Assembly: GCA_013334975.1 (NCBI GenBank)
Contig: JAAXWL010000001.1
Span: 11,921-75,920, forward strand
Length of the DNA: 64,000 nucleotides
Source of the DNA: Chlorobiaceae bacterium
GTDB taxonomy: Bacteria; Bacteroidota; Chlorobiia; Chlorobiales; Chlorobiaceae
Reading direction: 5' to 3'
Numbering within the stretch: the stretch's first letter is position 1; every line of letters begins with the position of its first letter. The translations under genes were made by a program, and so were the position numbers. Below, piece after piece: positions 11,341-22,292 of the stretch. The notes under the pieces were generated by a model that saw nothing but the letters and a program-made list of their open reading frames with translations, was not told the origin of the DNA and did no database searches.

Positions 11341-11535
11341 ATGGCAAGTATGAGCGAGAAAATGATAAAGGTTACCCAGGTGCGCAGCGTGATTGGTGGC
11401 ACCGAAAAACAGAAGGCGACCATCAAGGCTCTCGGTCTCGGTAGGCCGAACCACAAGGTTGAGGTCAAGGACAATGCCTGCACAAGAGGCCAGATCCGCG
11501 TCGTTCAGCACCTTGTCAAGGTCGAAGAGCACTAA
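11341..11535 (+). CDS. rpmD: 50S ribosomal protein L30
   Basis: IKVTQVRSVIG, TIKALGL, VQHLVKVE; start may be ATG 11350. Confidence 0.95.
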   Translation: MASMSEKMIKVTQVRSVIGGTEKQKATIKALGLGRPNHKVEVKDNACTRGQIRVVQHLVKVEEH

Positions 11536-11568
11536 AAGAATCACTAAAGAAAGTCGGGAATTGAAACC

Positions 11569-12123
11569 ATGGATTTAAGTTCACTCCGCCCTGCCAAAGG
11601 TGCAGTCAAGGCAAGAAAAAGGGTCGGCCGCGGCCCGGGATCAGGTAATGGTACGACAGCGGGCAAGGGCAACAAGGGTCAGCAGTCGAGAAGCGGCTAT
11701 CAGCGTCCTATCATTGAAGGTGGTCAGATGCCGATCTACCGGCGTCTTCCGAAATTTGGCTTTACGCCTCCCAACAGAAAATCGGTAGCCTGCGTTAATG
11801 TCGATCAGATCCAGATGTGGATTGAGAAAGGGCTTGTCGGCGAAGAGATCACCATTCTTGATCTCAAGCACCTCTGCAATGCGAGCAATCAGGACTATTT
11901 CAAGATACTTGGTAATGGTGAGATAGCTGCGGCCGTAACCATTACAGCCCATTACTTCAGCAAAAGTGCACTGGAAAAGATAGAGACTGCCGGGGGCAAG
12001 TGCGTTACGGCATATCGTACTCTCGAAGAGGCTTCAAAGGTCAATGGTCTGCCCTTCGAAGAGGCACTTATGACTCCGAAAGTCAAATTCGTCAAGAAAG
12101 GGAAGAAACCGGTCAAGTCGTGA
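11569..12123 (+). CDS. rplO: 50S ribosomal protein L15 (C-terminally extended)
   Basis: RVGRGPGSGNGTTAGKGNKGQ, EGGQMPIYRRLPKFGF. Confidence 0.97.
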   Translation: MDLSSLRPAKGAVKARKRVGRGPGSGNGTTAGKGNKGQQSRSGYQRPIIEGGQMPIYRRLPKFGFTPPNRKSVACVNVDQIQMWIEKGLVGEEITILDLKHLCNASNQDYFKILGNGEIAAAVTITAHYFSKSALEKIETAGGKCVTAYRTLEEASKVNGLPFEEALMTPKVKFVKKGKKPVKS

Positions 12124-12142
12124 ATAAAAAGACTGAGCTGCC

Positions 12143-13468
12143 ATGAAGCTTACTGAGAGTATCAAGAACATCAATAAAATCCCGGAGTTAAGGCAGCGGA
12201 TACTGTATACCCTCCTGCTTCTGTTCGTCTACAGGATGGGATCACATATCACCATACCCGGAGTTGATGCCGCAGCAGTGGCGAACGCTACCTCTTCTCA
12301 CGCCAACGACCTTTTCGGTCTTTTCGACCTCTTCGTAGGAGGCGCGCTGCAACGCGCCTCAATTTTTTCGCTGGGTATCATGCCTTATATTTCGGCATCC
12401 ATCATCATTCAGCTTCTGGGTGCGGTAACACCTTATGTTCAGAAGCTTCAGAAAGAGGGTGAAGAAGGTCGGCAGAAAATCAACCAGTATACACGATACG
12501 GAACCATTCTTGTCGCTTTCATGCAGGCATGGGGCTTCTCCGTCAGCCTTGCGAGTCCCTCCTCTTTCGGAAAAGTGATTGTTCCTGAACCAGGTGTTTT
12601 CTTTACCATTACTGCCATTATCATTCTTACGGCCAGCACGGTGTTTGTTATGTGGCTCGGTGAAATCATTACGGAGCGTGGCATAGGCAACGGCATCTCC
12701 CTGATCATCATGATTGGCATTCTCGCAAGATTCCCCCAGTCGCTTATTGCTGAAATACAATCGGTGTCGTTTGGCAGCAAGAACTGGATTGTCGAGATGG
12801 TCATCATGGCCTTTATGGCGGCAATTGTGGCGTTGGTGGTGCTGCTCACGGTCGCTACCCGTCGTATTCCCGTTCAGCACGCCAAACGTGTGGTCGGCAG
12901 AAAAGTTTACGGCGGCGGTACGCAGTACATTCCCATGAAGATCAACACGGCTGGAGTCATGCCGATCATTTTTGCCCAATCGATCATGTTTCTGCCCACC
13001 ACCTTTCTTTCGTTTTTTCCGGAAAACGAGGTCATGCAGAAAATAGCCTCCGTCTTTGCTTACGATTCATGGTGGTATGCTTTGATTTTCGGTCTGATGA
13101 TCGTTTTCTTTACCTATTTCTACACGGCTATCGCATTCAATCCGAAAGAGGTCGCCGATACCATGCGCCGACAGGGTGGCTTCATACCCGGCGTGAGACC
13201 CGGAAAGAGTACGGAGGAGTTTATTGATAATATTCTCACCCGCATTACGCTTCCTGGCGCCATTACCCTGGCCATTATCGCCGTTCTGCCCACGTTTCTG
13301 ACTAAGTTCGCTAATGTCACTCCCGGATTTGCCCAGTTCTTCGGCGGCACGAGTCTGCTCATTGTAGTCAGTGTAGGGCTGGATACCTTGCAGCAGGTAG
13401 AGAGTCATCTGATGATGCGTCACTACGACGGGTTCATGAAGACGGCCAAGGCTCGGGGACGTCGATGA
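12143..13468 (+). CDS. secY: Preprotein translocase subunit SecY
   Basis: SIFSLGIMPYISASII, GIGNGISL, FGGTSLLIVV; multi-TM. Confidence 0.99.
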   Translation: MKLTESIKNINKIPELRQRILYTLLLLFVYRMGSHITIPGVDAAAVANATSSHANDLFGLFDLFVGGALQRASIFSLGIMPYISASIIIQLLGAVTPYVQKLQKEGEEGRQKINQYTRYGTILVAFMQAWGFSVSLASPSSFGKVIVPEPGVFFTITAIIILTASTVFVMWLGEIITERGIGNGISLIIMIGILARFPQSLIAEIQSVSFGSKNWIVEMVIMAFMAAIVALVVLLTVATRRIPVQHAKRVVGRKVYGGGTQYIPMKINTAGVMPIIFAQSIMFLPTTFLSFFPENEVMQKIASVFAYDSWWYALIFGLMIVFFTYFYTAIAFNPKEVADTMRRQGGFIPGVRPGKSTEEFIDNILTRITLPGAITLAIIAVLPTFLTKFANVTPGFAQFFGGTSLLIVVSVGLDTLQQVESHLMMRHYDGFMKTAKARGRR

Positions 13469-13484
13469 GAACGAGGTCGGAATC

Positions 13485-14258
13485 ATGATCACCATCAAAA
13501 GCGAACGTGAACTCGAACTGATGCGCGATGCTGGTGGCTTGGTGGCTCGTGTGCTTGATATGCTTGAACAGGAGATTGCTCCCGGAATGACGACGCTCAG
13601 GCTTGATCAACTTGCCGAACAGTACATTCGGGATCATCAGGCGATACCGAGTTTTCTGAGATACGTTCCAAAAGGTGAACCCGGTGTAACGCCTTATCCG
13701 GCGACGTTGTGTGTTTCAATCAATGAAGAGGTTGTTCACGGTGTGCCCAGCGCCAAAAGGTTCATTCGTGAAGGTGAAATCGTCTCGGTCGATTGCGGGG
13801 TATACAAAAGCGGATACCATGGCGATGCAGCACGCACCTATGTGATTGGCGATATCGAGCCGCAGGTACAGCAGCTTGTCGAGGTGACCCGTGAATGTCT
13901 CAACCTGGGGATAGCTCAGGCTGTAGCCGGTAATCGGCTGCACGATATATCTGCAGCCATAGAAAACCATGCACGCTCTTTCGGTTACAGCGTTATTGAA
14001 AACATGGTCGGTCACGGTATCGGCAGTGAACTGCATGAAGATCCGGCAGTTCCCAACTATGGAAAGGCGCATACCGGCGTAAGACTCCGTGCCGGCATGA
14101 CGCTTGCCATTGAACCCATGATAGCCCTCGGGCGTTCTCGACGGGCGATCAGCAAGCGGGGTGAATGGGTAGCGGTGACCGAGGACGGAAAACCGTCAGC
14201 TCATTTCGAGCATACGATTGCCATCAGGGATGAAGCTGCCGAAATACTGACCAGGTAA
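13485..14258 (+). CDS. map: Methionine aminopeptidase type I
   Basis: [34 protein letters not shown]. Confidence 0.98.
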   Translation: MITIKSERELELMRDAGGLVARVLDMLEQEIAPGMTTLRLDQLAEQYIRDHQAIPSFLRYVPKGEPGVTPYPATLCVSINEEVVHGVPSAKRFIREGEIVSVDCGVYKSGYHGDAARTYVIGDIEPQVQQLVEVTRECLNLGIAQAVAGNRLHDISAAIENHARSFGYSVIENMVGHGIGSELHEDPAVPNYGKAHTGVRLRAGMTLAIEPMIALGRSRRAISKRGEWVAVTEDGKPSAHFEHTIAIRDEAAEILTR

Positions 14259-14317
14259 GGTTCAAGCACAGCGAATTCGATTTTTTCTTAAGAACACAAG
14301 TTAACCGGAGAGAGACA

Positions 14318-14536
14318 TTGGCCAAGGAAGAATCAATTGAGGTAGAAGGCGAAATTCTGGAAGCGCTTCCCAACGCGCAGTTCAGGGTAAAGCTCGAAAA
14401 CAGCCTCGAAGTGCTTGCGCACGTTTCCGGCAAGATCAGGATGCATTATATCAGGATACTTCCGGGAGACAAGGTTAAGGTTCAGATATCGCCCTATGAT
14501 CTTACAAAAGGAAGGATTACCTACCGGTACAAGTAA
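14318..14536 (+). CDS. infA: Translation initiation factor IF-1
   Basis: [33 protein letters not shown]; TTG start. Confidence 0.98.
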   Translation: MAKEESIEVEGEILEALPNAQFRVKLENSLEVLAHVSGKIRMHYIRILPGDKVKVQISPYDLTKGRITYRYK

Positions 14537-14644
14537 ATGGAAATAAATATCAATCTTCGGTTGATTATTAGCTTTGCTTTTGTTACATTACATGCCTTTT
14601 CATATTTTGGACAGACCGGACAACCATAGCATCTGGGATTTAGC

Positions 14645-14761
14645 ATGAAAATATTTTCGTCTATCAAAAAACGTTGCGAACACTGCAGGATTATCAAGCG
14701 CAAAGGAAAACGATTTGTGATCTGCAAGGTGAATCCAAGTCATAAGCAGCGCCAGGGGTGA
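14645..14761 (+). CDS. rpmJ: 50S ribosomal protein L36 (38 aa, below ORF-track cutoff)
   Basis: Hand translation [38 protein letters not shown]; CxxC...C...H zinc ribbon; between infA and rpsM. Confidence 0.96.
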   Translation: MKIFSSIKKRCEHCRIIKRKGKRFVICKVNPSHKQRQG

Positions 14762-14796
14762 TCTTCAGGAATAATCAACAGATTTGAGAAAAACAT

Positions 14797-15174
14797 ATGA
14801 GGTTAGCTGGGGTTAATTTGCCATTGAACAAACATGCGGTCGTCGCTCTGACTCATGTTTATGGCATCGGGAAAACATCCGCGAAAAACATACTCGCAAA
14901 AGCCGGAATCGCTCCTGAAAGAAAAATCTCCGAGTTGAGCGACGAGGAAGCGCATTCCATAAGGGAAATTATCGGCAACGAGTATACGGTCGAGGGCGAG
15001 GCTCGCGCAGAGCAGCAGCTCTCCATCAAGCGCCTCATGGATATCGGATGCTATCGGGGTCTGCGTCATCGGCGCTCCCTCCCGGTCCGTGGCCAGCGTA
15101 CCCAGACCAATGCACGTACCAGAAAAGGCAAGCGTAAGACTGTCGCCGGCAAGAAGAAGGCTGGTAAGAAGTAA
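14797..15174 (+). CDS. rpsM: 30S ribosomal protein S13
   Basis: [23 protein letters not shown]. Confidence 0.99.
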   Translation: MRLAGVNLPLNKHAVVALTHVYGIGKTSAKNILAKAGIAPERKISELSDEEAHSIREIIGNEYTVEGEARAEQQLSIKRLMDIGCYRGLRHRRSLPVRGQRTQTNARTRKGKRKTVAGKKKAGKK

Positions 15175-15221
15175 GGTTCGGAGCAATAAAGCAACAAGAG
15201 AGATAAAACACCGACAGACTC

Positions 15222-15605
15222 ATGGCAACAGCGAGCAGGAAAAAAAAGAAAGTAAAGGTAACCGCGGAAGGTACCGTTCATATCAAGGCTTCGTTCAATA
15301 ACGTTATGGTGACCATTACCGATACGATCGGCAACACGGTATCATGGTCGAGTGCAGGAAAGAACGGCTTTAAGGGATCAAAGAAAAATACCCCCTACGC
15401 ATCGCAGGTCACTTCGGAGGCGGCAGCCAAAGAGGCTTATGATCTGGGTATGCGTCAGGTCGATGTGCTGATCAAAGGGCCGGGCGCCGGTCGTGATGCA
15501 GCGATCAGGGCGCTTCAGGGCGCAGGTCTTGAGGTTCGCACCATCCGTGACATTACACCCCTGCCCCATAATGGTTGCAGGCCTCCCAAACGCAGAAGGG
15601 TCTGA
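15222..15605 (+). CDS. rpsK: 30S ribosomal protein S11
   Basis: [35 protein letters not shown]. Confidence 0.99.
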   Translation: MATASRKKKKVKVTAEGTVHIKASFNNVMVTITDTIGNTVSWSSAGKNGFKGSKKNTPYASQVTSEAAAKEAYDLGMRQVDVLIKGPGAGRDAAIRALQGAGLEVRTIRDITPLPHNGCRPPKRRRV

Positions 15606-15641
15606 CGGTTATTATCAAGAATTATCAATGTAGCAATTGTT

Positions 15642-16253
15642 ATGGCACGATTCAGAGGGTCAATTACCAAGGTTTCTCGCAGGTTGGGGATAGCTCTTTC
15701 ACCCAAGGCTGAAAAATATTTAGAAAGACGTCCGTATGCGCCAGGTGAGCATGGGCAGTCACGCAAGAGCAAGGTGTCTGAGTATGCCCTGCAGCTCAGA
15801 GAGAAGCAGAAGATGAAATATCTTTATGGCGTTCTCGAAAAGCAGTTCAGGATTTATTACCACAAGGCCGTGGCCCAGCGTGGTGTTACCGGCGATAACC
15901 TGGTCAAGCTTCTTGAACGACGTTTCGATAACGTTGTTTTCCGCTGCGGATTTTCTCCGTCACGTGCCGGTGCAAGGCAGCTTGTTACACACGGTCATCT
16001 TCTGATCAACGGCAAGAAGGTCAATATTCCCTCCTGTCTGGTTTCTCCTGGCGACAGCATAGAGTTCCGACAGAAGAGCCGTAATCTCGATGCCGTCGCC
16101 GATTCGCTCAATAAAGCTTCAGATGCACGTATTCCTGCGTGGATCCAGGTTGACAAGGCGAACAGAAAAGCGGTGTTCCTTGCCATACCAGAGCGTGAAG
16201 TGGTTCAGGAGCCCTATAACGAACAGCTTGTCGTCGAGTTGTACTCCAAGTGA
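15642..16253 (+). CDS. rpsD: 30S ribosomal protein S4
   Basis: [34 protein letters not shown]. Confidence 0.98.
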   Translation: MARFRGSITKVSRRLGIALSPKAEKYLERRPYAPGEHGQSRKSKVSEYALQLREKQKMKYLYGVLEKQFRIYYHKAVAQRGVTGDNLVKLLERRFDNVVFRCGFSPSRAGARQLVTHGHLLINGKKVNIPSCLVSPGDSIEFRQKSRNLDAVADSLNKASDARIPAWIQVDKANRKAVFLAIPEREVVQEPYNEQLVVELYSK

Positions 16254-16281
16254 TTTTTGTGAATCCAAAGGTAGCAAGACC

Positions 16282-17268
16282 ATGATATATCAGATGCAGA
16301 TGCCTGCCAAGATCGATGTTGACGAAACGACTCACACTGGCAGCTACGGGCGCTTCATAGCGCAGCCGCTGGAGCGGGGCTATGGCGTTACGCTGGGCAA
16401 TGCTTTAAGACGGGTTCTGCTTGCATCGCTTCCCGGAACCTCGATTACCGGGATCAAGATCGATGGAGTGTATCACGAGTTTTCGACGATTGACGGTGTG
16501 CGTGAAGATGTACCCGAGATCGTTCTCAATCTGAAAAAGGTTCGTTTCAGATCCAACTGCAAGCGCAGTTGCAAAACGACCCTTACCCTGTCCGGCCCCA
16601 AAGAGTTTCTTGCCGGTGACATCATTGCTCATGAGGGTGAATTCGAGGTGCTCAACAAAGAGCTCCATATCGCAACGATCAATTCTGAGGCAACCATAAC
16701 GATCGATATTTTCGTCGGAAGAGGCAGAGGATACATTCCGGCTGAAGAGAACCGCTGCGAAGGTTTGCCGATTGGTTTTATCGCTATCGATTCGATTTTT
16801 ACTCCGATAAGAAATGTGAGACTGGTCGTCGAGAACACCCGTGTCGGACAGCGAACCGACTACGAAAAAATGATTCTCGATGTCGAGACTGATGGATCGA
16901 TCACTCCGGATGATGCCGTCAGCCTTGCCGGAAGGATCATTAACGAGCATTTTGCCTTTTTCGCTAATTTCTCTCCAACTGAAGAGGAGTACACCGAAGA
17001 GGAGTACAAACAGCTCGATGACGAGTTCGAAGGTATGCGCAAACTCTTACAGACCAAGATCGAAGATCTCGATCTTTCGGTTCGTTCGCATAACTGCCTC
17101 AGACTTGCCGAAATCGATACCCTCGGTGACCTGGTTTCCAGAAAGGAAGATGAGTTACTGAACTACAAGAACTTCGGGAAAAAATCGCTGACGGAACTGA
17201 AAGAACAGCTCGAGAAGCACGATCTGAGGTTCGGGATGGATATCACCCGGTACCAGATGAAAGGTTGA
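16282..17268 (+). CDS. rpoA: RNA polymerase alpha subunit
   Basis: [37 protein letters not shown]; start at ATG 16282 after the rpsD stop. Confidence 0.98.
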   Translation: MIYQMQMPAKIDVDETTHTGSYGRFIAQPLERGYGVTLGNALRRVLLASLPGTSITGIKIDGVYHEFSTIDGVREDVPEIVLNLKKVRFRSNCKRSCKTTLTLSGPKEFLAGDIIAHEGEFEVLNKELHIATINSEATITIDIFVGRGRGYIPAEENRCEGLPIGFIAIDSIFTPIRNVRLVVENTRVGQRTDYEKMILDVETDGSITPDDAVSLAGRIINEHFAFFANFSPTEEEYTEEEYKQLDDEFEGMRKLLQTKIEDLDLSVRSHNCLRLAEIDTLGDLVSRKEDELLNYKNFGKKSLTELKEQLEKHDLRFGMDITRYQMKG

Positions 17269-17314
17269 TCGAAGCTATTTGTAATATTGAAATCAATGAG
17301 AGCGGAAACAAGAC

Positions 17315-17791
17315 ATGCGTAAAGTCAAGCCAGCAAGAAAACTTGGAAGAACGAGCGCCCATAGAAAAGCGACTCTGTCGAACCTTTCTAACCAGTTGCT
17401 CAAATACAAGCGTATAGAAACCACCGAGGCCAAAGCTAAGGAAACCCGAAAGGTTGTAGAAAAAATCATCACCAAGGCGCGTAAAGGAACGCTTCACGCA
17501 CAACGTGAAATTTTCAGTGCCCTTCGCGATAAAGAGACCCTGCGCGAACTTTTCGGGGAGATCGTCGGCAAAATCGGTGCTCGTAACGGCGGCTATACCA
17601 GAATCATCAAGCTTGCGCCACGATATGGTGACGCAGCGAAAATGGCCATTATCGAGCTGGTTGATTATACCGAAGCTCCGTCTGCTACGCCAAAAGCGGC
17701 AAAACCGGATCGTTCCATACGTGTCAGAGGCTCCAAACAGGCAGAAGCAGCCAAAGAGAGCAACGAGTCAAACGAAGCGGCTCCGGAGTAA
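17315..17791 (+). CDS. rplQ: 50S ribosomal protein L17
   Basis: [32 protein letters not shown]. Confidence 0.98.
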   Translation: MRKVKPARKLGRTSAHRKATLSNLSNQLLKYKRIETTEAKAKETRKVVEKIITKARKGTLHAQREIFSALRDKETLRELFGEIVGKIGARNGGYTRIIKLAPRYGDAAKMAIIELVDYTEAPSATPKAAKPDRSIRVRGSKQAEAAKESNESNEAAPE

Positions 17792-17851
17792 CTCTTCCAG
17801 GAGCATTGAGACAGTCCGCTACGGTAGTCATCGTTCGCAGGATCGTTATGA

Positions 17852-18505
17852 TCACCAGCGAGCGATGACTATCTGCTTTTCGGAGAAAAGTGGATCGATA
17901 TCCCCAATTGGCAGCCGATCAACTGTTGATGGAAAACCAAGGTGCTGCTGGCGAGACTGGAGAGCATCGTTGACCTCTGCATCGAGCGCCCCCCCTTTCA
18001 GGCAGATCAGTACTCCCTTGCGTTTGAGGAGTCTGGCACTGTAGCCGCATAGCTCGGCGAGTGGCGCGACCTGCCGACTGAGTATCGTGTCGAAGATGAC
18101 TCCTTTCAGCTCCTCAACCCTCGAATGGATAGCCATGACATTGTTCAGGCCGAGATCGTCGATCATGGCCTTACAGACGGCGATTTTCTTGCCAGTTGAA
18201 TCGACCAGAAGAAAAGAGGTTTCCGGAAAGAGTATGGCCAGGGGAATTCCCGGCAGCCCTCCACCGGTACCGAGATCAAGCACACGTTCACCAGGCAGGA
18301 ATGCATGTATCCGGCTGACAAGCAGCGAGTGAAAGACATGCCTGATAATTAACGGAGCATTCTCCTTTCGGCTGACAAGGTTCACCTTCGTGTTCCACGT
18401 CTCAAGAAGGGCGGTGTAGCGCACCAGGAGTCTCAATGCGTGGTCGGAGGCCGGGATGTCGTGTTGACGACAGAGATCCTGGATGAGGTGCAGCTCGTTC
18501 GGCAT
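17852..18505 (-). CDS. rsmG: 16S rRNA m7G527 methyltransferase
   Basis: [37 protein letters not shown]. Confidence 0.93.
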   Translation of the reverse strand: MPNELHLIQDLCRQHDIPASDHALRLLVRYTALLETWNTKVNLVSRKENAPLIIRHVFHSLLVSRIHAFLPGERVLDLGTGGGLPGIPLAILFPETSFLLVDSTGKKIAVCKAMIDDLGLNNVMAIHSRVEELKGVIFDTILSRQVAPLAELCGYSARLLKRKGVLICLKGGALDAEVNDALQSRQQHLGFPSTVDRLPIGDIDPLFSEKQIVIARW

Positions 18506-18697
18506 ATCGGATCAGAAGTGTGCAATGGTTTGAAAGAGAAGACAAAAAAGAAAGAACGATAATTTACCACCATTGGCAAATGCGGCGTTGGCTTGAGAAT
18601 GATGGTCAGCGCAGGCAGAAAAAATCGTACATTTATAAACAGTGCGGTTTCAACAGCTCCGAGAGAAGGATATGACAAGATACCGATGGACAGGTCG

Positions 18698-19819
18698 ATG
18701 ATTTTAAACAGCAATGTTTATGCGGTCATCATGGCGGGGGGCATTGGCAGCAAGCTCTGGCCGCTTTCGAGAAAGCGAATACCCAAGCAGTTCCTCCATT
18801 TTTTTGATGGGGGGACGATGATCCGCAAAACGGTCGAGAGGATTTCGCGATCCGTACGCAAAGAGAATATCTTCATCATCACCGGTAAGCACCACAGGCG
18901 ATTGATCGGCCAATCACTTCCCGATTTCGATGAGGGCAATATCATCGTTGAGCCGGCCATACGTGATACCGCCACCTGTATCGCCCTTGCGACGACATTC
19001 ATCAGGAAGCGTGACCCGGACGCGGTGACCATCGTTCTCCCGGCTGATCATCTCGTGCTCGACGAAGAGCGCTTTCTCAGCACCATCGCCAAGGGAGTCT
19101 GGCTTGCACGCGAAAAGCGCGGCCTGATCACGGTTGGTATCCATCCAGACCGACCCGAAACCCGCTATGGGTATATCCAGGTAGAGCCATCGGTTATCAT
19201 CGAAGATGCTCCGGAAGATGGAGCATCGGATTCGGACATTGCGCTTTTTCGTGTGAAAACCTTTGCCGAAAAGCCGGATATTGCCACCGCCGAGCAGTTT
19301 CTGCAGAGCAGGGATTTCTGGTGGAACAGCGGAGTGTTTATCTGGCACGTCGATGATATTAACCGCGAATACCGTCGGTCATTGCCGGATCTGTACGAGG
19401 ACATGCAGAATGTTCATGCCTTTATCGGTACCGATCGTCAGGAGTCGGTCATTGAGGATGTGTACAGCTGGATTCATCCGGTATCGGTCGCCTATGGCAT
19501 CATGGAGAAGGCTGAAAAAGTATACATGCTGGCAGGCAATTTCGGCTGGACCGACCTCGGATGCTGGGATGAGGTGATCAAGGTCGGACTTGGTCTCGAA
19601 GGGAGGGATATGGATGGGCGAGAGGTTATCATGATCGATTCTGAAGAGGTTTTCGTCAGGAAGCCGCATGGCAAGGCGGTGGTGGCGGTTGGTGTGGGCA
19701 ATATCATTGTGGTCGATACCGAGGACGCACTGCTGATCTGCAAGGCTGGCGAATCGCAGAAGGTCGTCAAGGCTGTGGAGATGATGAGGAGGGACGAGAA
19801 GCTGGAAGGGTTTTTGTGA
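18698..19819 (+). CDS. manC: Mannose-1-phosphate guanylyltransferase-like nucleotidyltransferase
   Basis: VIMAGGIGSKLWPLSR..PKQFL, EPAIRDTA, LPADH, YGYI, FAEKPD, WNSGVF; start could also be 18686. Confidence 0.8.
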   Translation: MILNSNVYAVIMAGGIGSKLWPLSRKRIPKQFLHFFDGGTMIRKTVERISRSVRKENIFIITGKHHRRLIGQSLPDFDEGNIIVEPAIRDTATCIALATTFIRKRDPDAVTIVLPADHLVLDEERFLSTIAKGVWLAREKRGLITVGIHPDRPETRYGYIQVEPSVIIEDAPEDGASDSDIALFRVKTFAEKPDIATAEQFLQSRDFWWNSGVFIWHVDDINREYRRSLPDLYEDMQNVHAFIGTDRQESVIEDVYSWIHPVSVAYGIMEKAEKVYMLAGNFGWTDLGCWDEVIKVGLGLEGRDMDGREVIMIDSEEVFVRKPHGKAVVAVGVGNIIVVDTEDALLICKAGESQKVVKAVEMMRRDEKLEGFL

Positions 19820-19834
19820 AGAAAATGTAAGATT

Positions 19835-19867
19835 GTGGACAAAGTGGACTTGGTGGACGTTGTGGAC
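19835..19867. repeat. Four copies of GTGGAC at 9-bp period
   Basis: GTGGAC at 19835, 19844, 19853, 19862. Confidence 0.85.
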
Positions 19868-19886
19868 GAAGAAAAAGAAAAAACGG

Positions 19887-19915
19887 AAGCCGGAGGTTTG
19901 ATGCTCCGGCTTTTT
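19887..19915. terminator. Probable bidirectional terminator between convergent manC-like and cysS
   Basis: Stem AAGCCGGAG/CTCCGGCTT, A-rich upstream and T-tract downstream. Confidence 0.7.
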
Positions 19916-19919
19916 GCGT

Positions 19920-21386
19920 TCAGGGTTTTTTCTTTGACCAGGTGGCGCCCTCTCTGGTGTCTTTGACCTCGATTCCTCGCTGGAGGAGGAGATCGCGGAT
20001 TGCGTCGCTGGTGGCGAAATCCTTTTTGGCACGGGCCTCCTTGCGAAGTTCGAGCAGCACCTGCATCACCTCATCAAGGGTTTGGGCGCTTTGGCCACTC
20101 TCACCGGCGAGCAGCGCTGCACGGCTTTTCAGGATGCCGAGCACATCTCCGGCGTAGGTGTCCAACAATGCCAGCGCTCTCCCTTTTGACGCACTGTCGA
20201 GGCTGTCGCGATCAAGTGCCCCGTTGAGAGTTTTCACGAATTCAAAGATCACCGAGAGGGCCACCGGTGTGTTGAAGTCGTCGTTCAGCGCGGCAACCAT
20301 CTTCTCTTCGAATGGTGTCACATCAATCTGGTTCCTCCCTTCAGGGGCTTCCAGCAGTCGCTTCCAGGCCTCCTGCAATTTCTCGAAACCGGATTGTGAG
20401 GCCCGGATGGCGGTTTCGGAGAAGTCGAGCGGGGAGCGGTAGTGCGATTGCAGGATGAAGAAGCGGATGACCAGCGGGTCGAAGGTGTGGAACAGCTCTT
20501 TGAGGTTCACGAAGTTTTTAAGGGATTTGCCCATCTTGACGCCGTCCACAGTGACCATGTTGTTGTGCATCCAGAAGCGCACGTAGGGCTTGCCGGAGGC
20601 CGCCTCGGACTGGGCGATTTCGCAGTCGTGGTGCGGGAACTTGTTCTCCATGCCGCCACCGTGGATGTCGATGGTTTCACCCAGGTACTTCATGGACATG
20701 GCTGAGCATTCGAGGTGCCAGCCAGGGTAGCCTTCGCCCCAGGGGGAGTTCCATTTCATGAGGTGGCCCGGTTCGGCTTTTTTCCACAGGGCGAAATCGG
20801 ATGGGTTTCGTTTGTCGGAGCGCTGCCCGACTCTTCCACCAGCCTGAAGGGCGGCCTGGTCGGTACGACCGGAGAGCTTGCCATAACCTTCGAAGGAATC
20901 GACCGAATAGTAGACGTTTCCGCCGGATGCGTAGGCGTGGCCCGATTCGATCAGGCGCGTTACCAGGTCAATCTGTTCGGGAATATGACCGGTTGCCGTT
21001 GGCGCTATGTTCGGGCGCTGCACACCGAGTCGGTCCATATCTTCGTAAAAGCTCCGGGTATAGAACTGCGCGATCTCCATTGGTTCGGTCAACTCGAGCT
21101 GTGCCTGCTTCTGTATTTTGTCCTCTCCCTCGTCGGCGTCGTCAGTCAGATGACCGACATCGGTGATATTCTGCACATATCTGACCTTGTAGCTCTGCTG
21201 CTCACCGAGAGCGCGCAGCCAGCGAACGACCACGTCGAAGGAGACGTAGCTCTTGGCATGGCCGAGATGTGCGTGGCCGTAAACTGTCGGGCCGCAGACA
21301 TAGACCGTGGCCAGCTTCGGGTTGAGTGGTTCAAAAGGCTCTTTGGTGCGGCTCAGGGAGTTATAGATATGCAGAGAAGAGGACAT
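19920..21386 (-). CDS. cysS: Cysteinyl-tRNA synthetase
   Basis: [13 protein letters not shown] (HIGH), [32 protein letters not shown]; start at [11 protein letters not shown]. Confidence 0.97.
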   Translation of the reverse strand: MSSSLHIYNSLSRTKEPFEPLNPKLATVYVCGPTVYGHAHLGHAKSYVSFDVVVRWLRALGEQQSYKVRYVQNITDVGHLTDDADEGEDKIQKQAQLELTEPMEIAQFYTRSFYEDMDRLGVQRPNIAPTATGHIPEQIDLVTRLIESGHAYASGGNVYYSVDSFEGYGKLSGRTDQAALQAGGRVGQRSDKRNPSDFALWKKAEPGHLMKWNSPWGEGYPGWHLECSAMSMKYLGETIDIHGGGMENKFPHHDCEIAQSEAASGKPYVRFWMHNNMVTVDGVKMGKSLKNFVNLKELFHTFDPLVIRFFILQSHYRSPLDFSETAIRASQSGFEKLQEAWKRLLEAPEGRNQIDVTPFEEKMVAALNDDFNTPVALSVIFEFVKTLNGALDRDSLDSASKGRALALLDTYAGDVLGILKSRAALLAGESGQSAQTLDEVMQVLLELRKEARAKKDFATSDAIRDLLLQRGIEVKDTREGATWSKKKP

Positions 21387-21650
21387 GCGGATCGCGATGG
21401 ATGAGTTGTCGAACCCCGGAGCGTGACCGTGACCGGGAAATGTCGTAAAAGTTAAACATTTGACTTTGTAAGACAAGGTATAAAGCCAACGCCAGGTTCA
21501 AATTTTTCCTGACGGGTACGGCGACCATCAGTCTGATCTGATTTTCCGGTGAATGAAAAGCGTCAAAAAGATAAAGGGAAAAATTATCTGGTTGACGTTA
21601 CTGGCGTTTTAGAGGCGGATTTGGGGTCTGTAAGGCGTTTTTACAGAAAT

Positions 21651-21677
21651 TTAACGTTGCTTTAAGTCCCTCTTAAG
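21651..21677 (+). promoter_or_regulatory. Three 11-bp-spaced TTAA(C/G) direct repeats, candidate OmpR/PhoB-type box
   Basis: TTAAC 21651, TTAAG 21662, TTAAG 21673; TACCTT -10-like hexamer at 21689. Confidence 0.4.
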
Positions 21678-21743
21678 TGTTGCCGTCGTACCTTTATCAC
21701 TGTGCAAGGAGAGTGATTGTAACGTTTAAACATTTGATAGACC

Positions 21744-22259
21744 ATGAACGCAACTTTGAAATCTTTAGCGACTCCGGTAGCAGCCGGTGCTTTCTTCATT
21801 TCGGCGATAACCGGCACCCTGATCTTTTTCGATGTGGAAATCGGGGCCGTTGAGCCCGTACACAAGTGGTTGAGCTGGCTCTTGCTTGGCGGAATTATGC
21901 TTCACGTACTCACACACTGGAACTCCTTCAGCGGCTATTTTTCAAGGAAACCCGCACTGGCCGTGATTGGAATGGCTCTCGCCGTAGCCGGCGGCTCTAT
22001 GCTGCCGGTGTTCGGCGAAGATGAGGAGGGTGAAAAACGCACAGCCAAAGCGGCCGTCTATGCGCTTGAATCAGCCTCTCTCGAAACTGTGGCGCAGGTG
22101 GTCAAAAGCCGTCCGGAGGAGCTGACGCTTCGCCTGAAATTGGCAGGCATCACTGTGAGCAGCCCTGCTGCAACCATCACCGAGATCGCAAGCAGCAACA
22201 GCAAGGAGAGCGAGGAGGTGCTTGGGGCTATCTTAGGGGGAGGGACGCAGAAGGATTGA
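21744..22259 (+). CDS. DUF4405-like membrane protein
   Basis: N-terminal TM pair with His-x13-His (VHKWLSWLLLGGIMLH), third TM, soluble tail; RBS AGGAG upstream region. Confidence 0.7.
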   Translation: MNATLKSLATPVAAGAFFISAITGTLIFFDVEIGAVEPVHKWLSWLLLGGIMLHVLTHWNSFSGYFSRKPALAVIGMALAVAGGSMLPVFGEDEEGEKRTAKAAVYALESASLETVAQVVKSRPEELTLRLKLAGITVSSPAATITEIASSNSKESEEVLGAILGGGTQKD

Positions 22260-22292
22260 TGTGATGAGAATCTTTAACGAAAAGGAGATACC

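Noticed and set aside
16090-16281. Apparent N-terminal extension of rpoA (392-aa ORF)
   Set aside because: Overlaps rpsD in another frame; the natural start is ATG 16282.
19835-19867. Possible CRISPR array
   Set aside because: Units are 6-9 bp with no spacers and no cas genes; the same applies to the 6- and 7-mer arrays.
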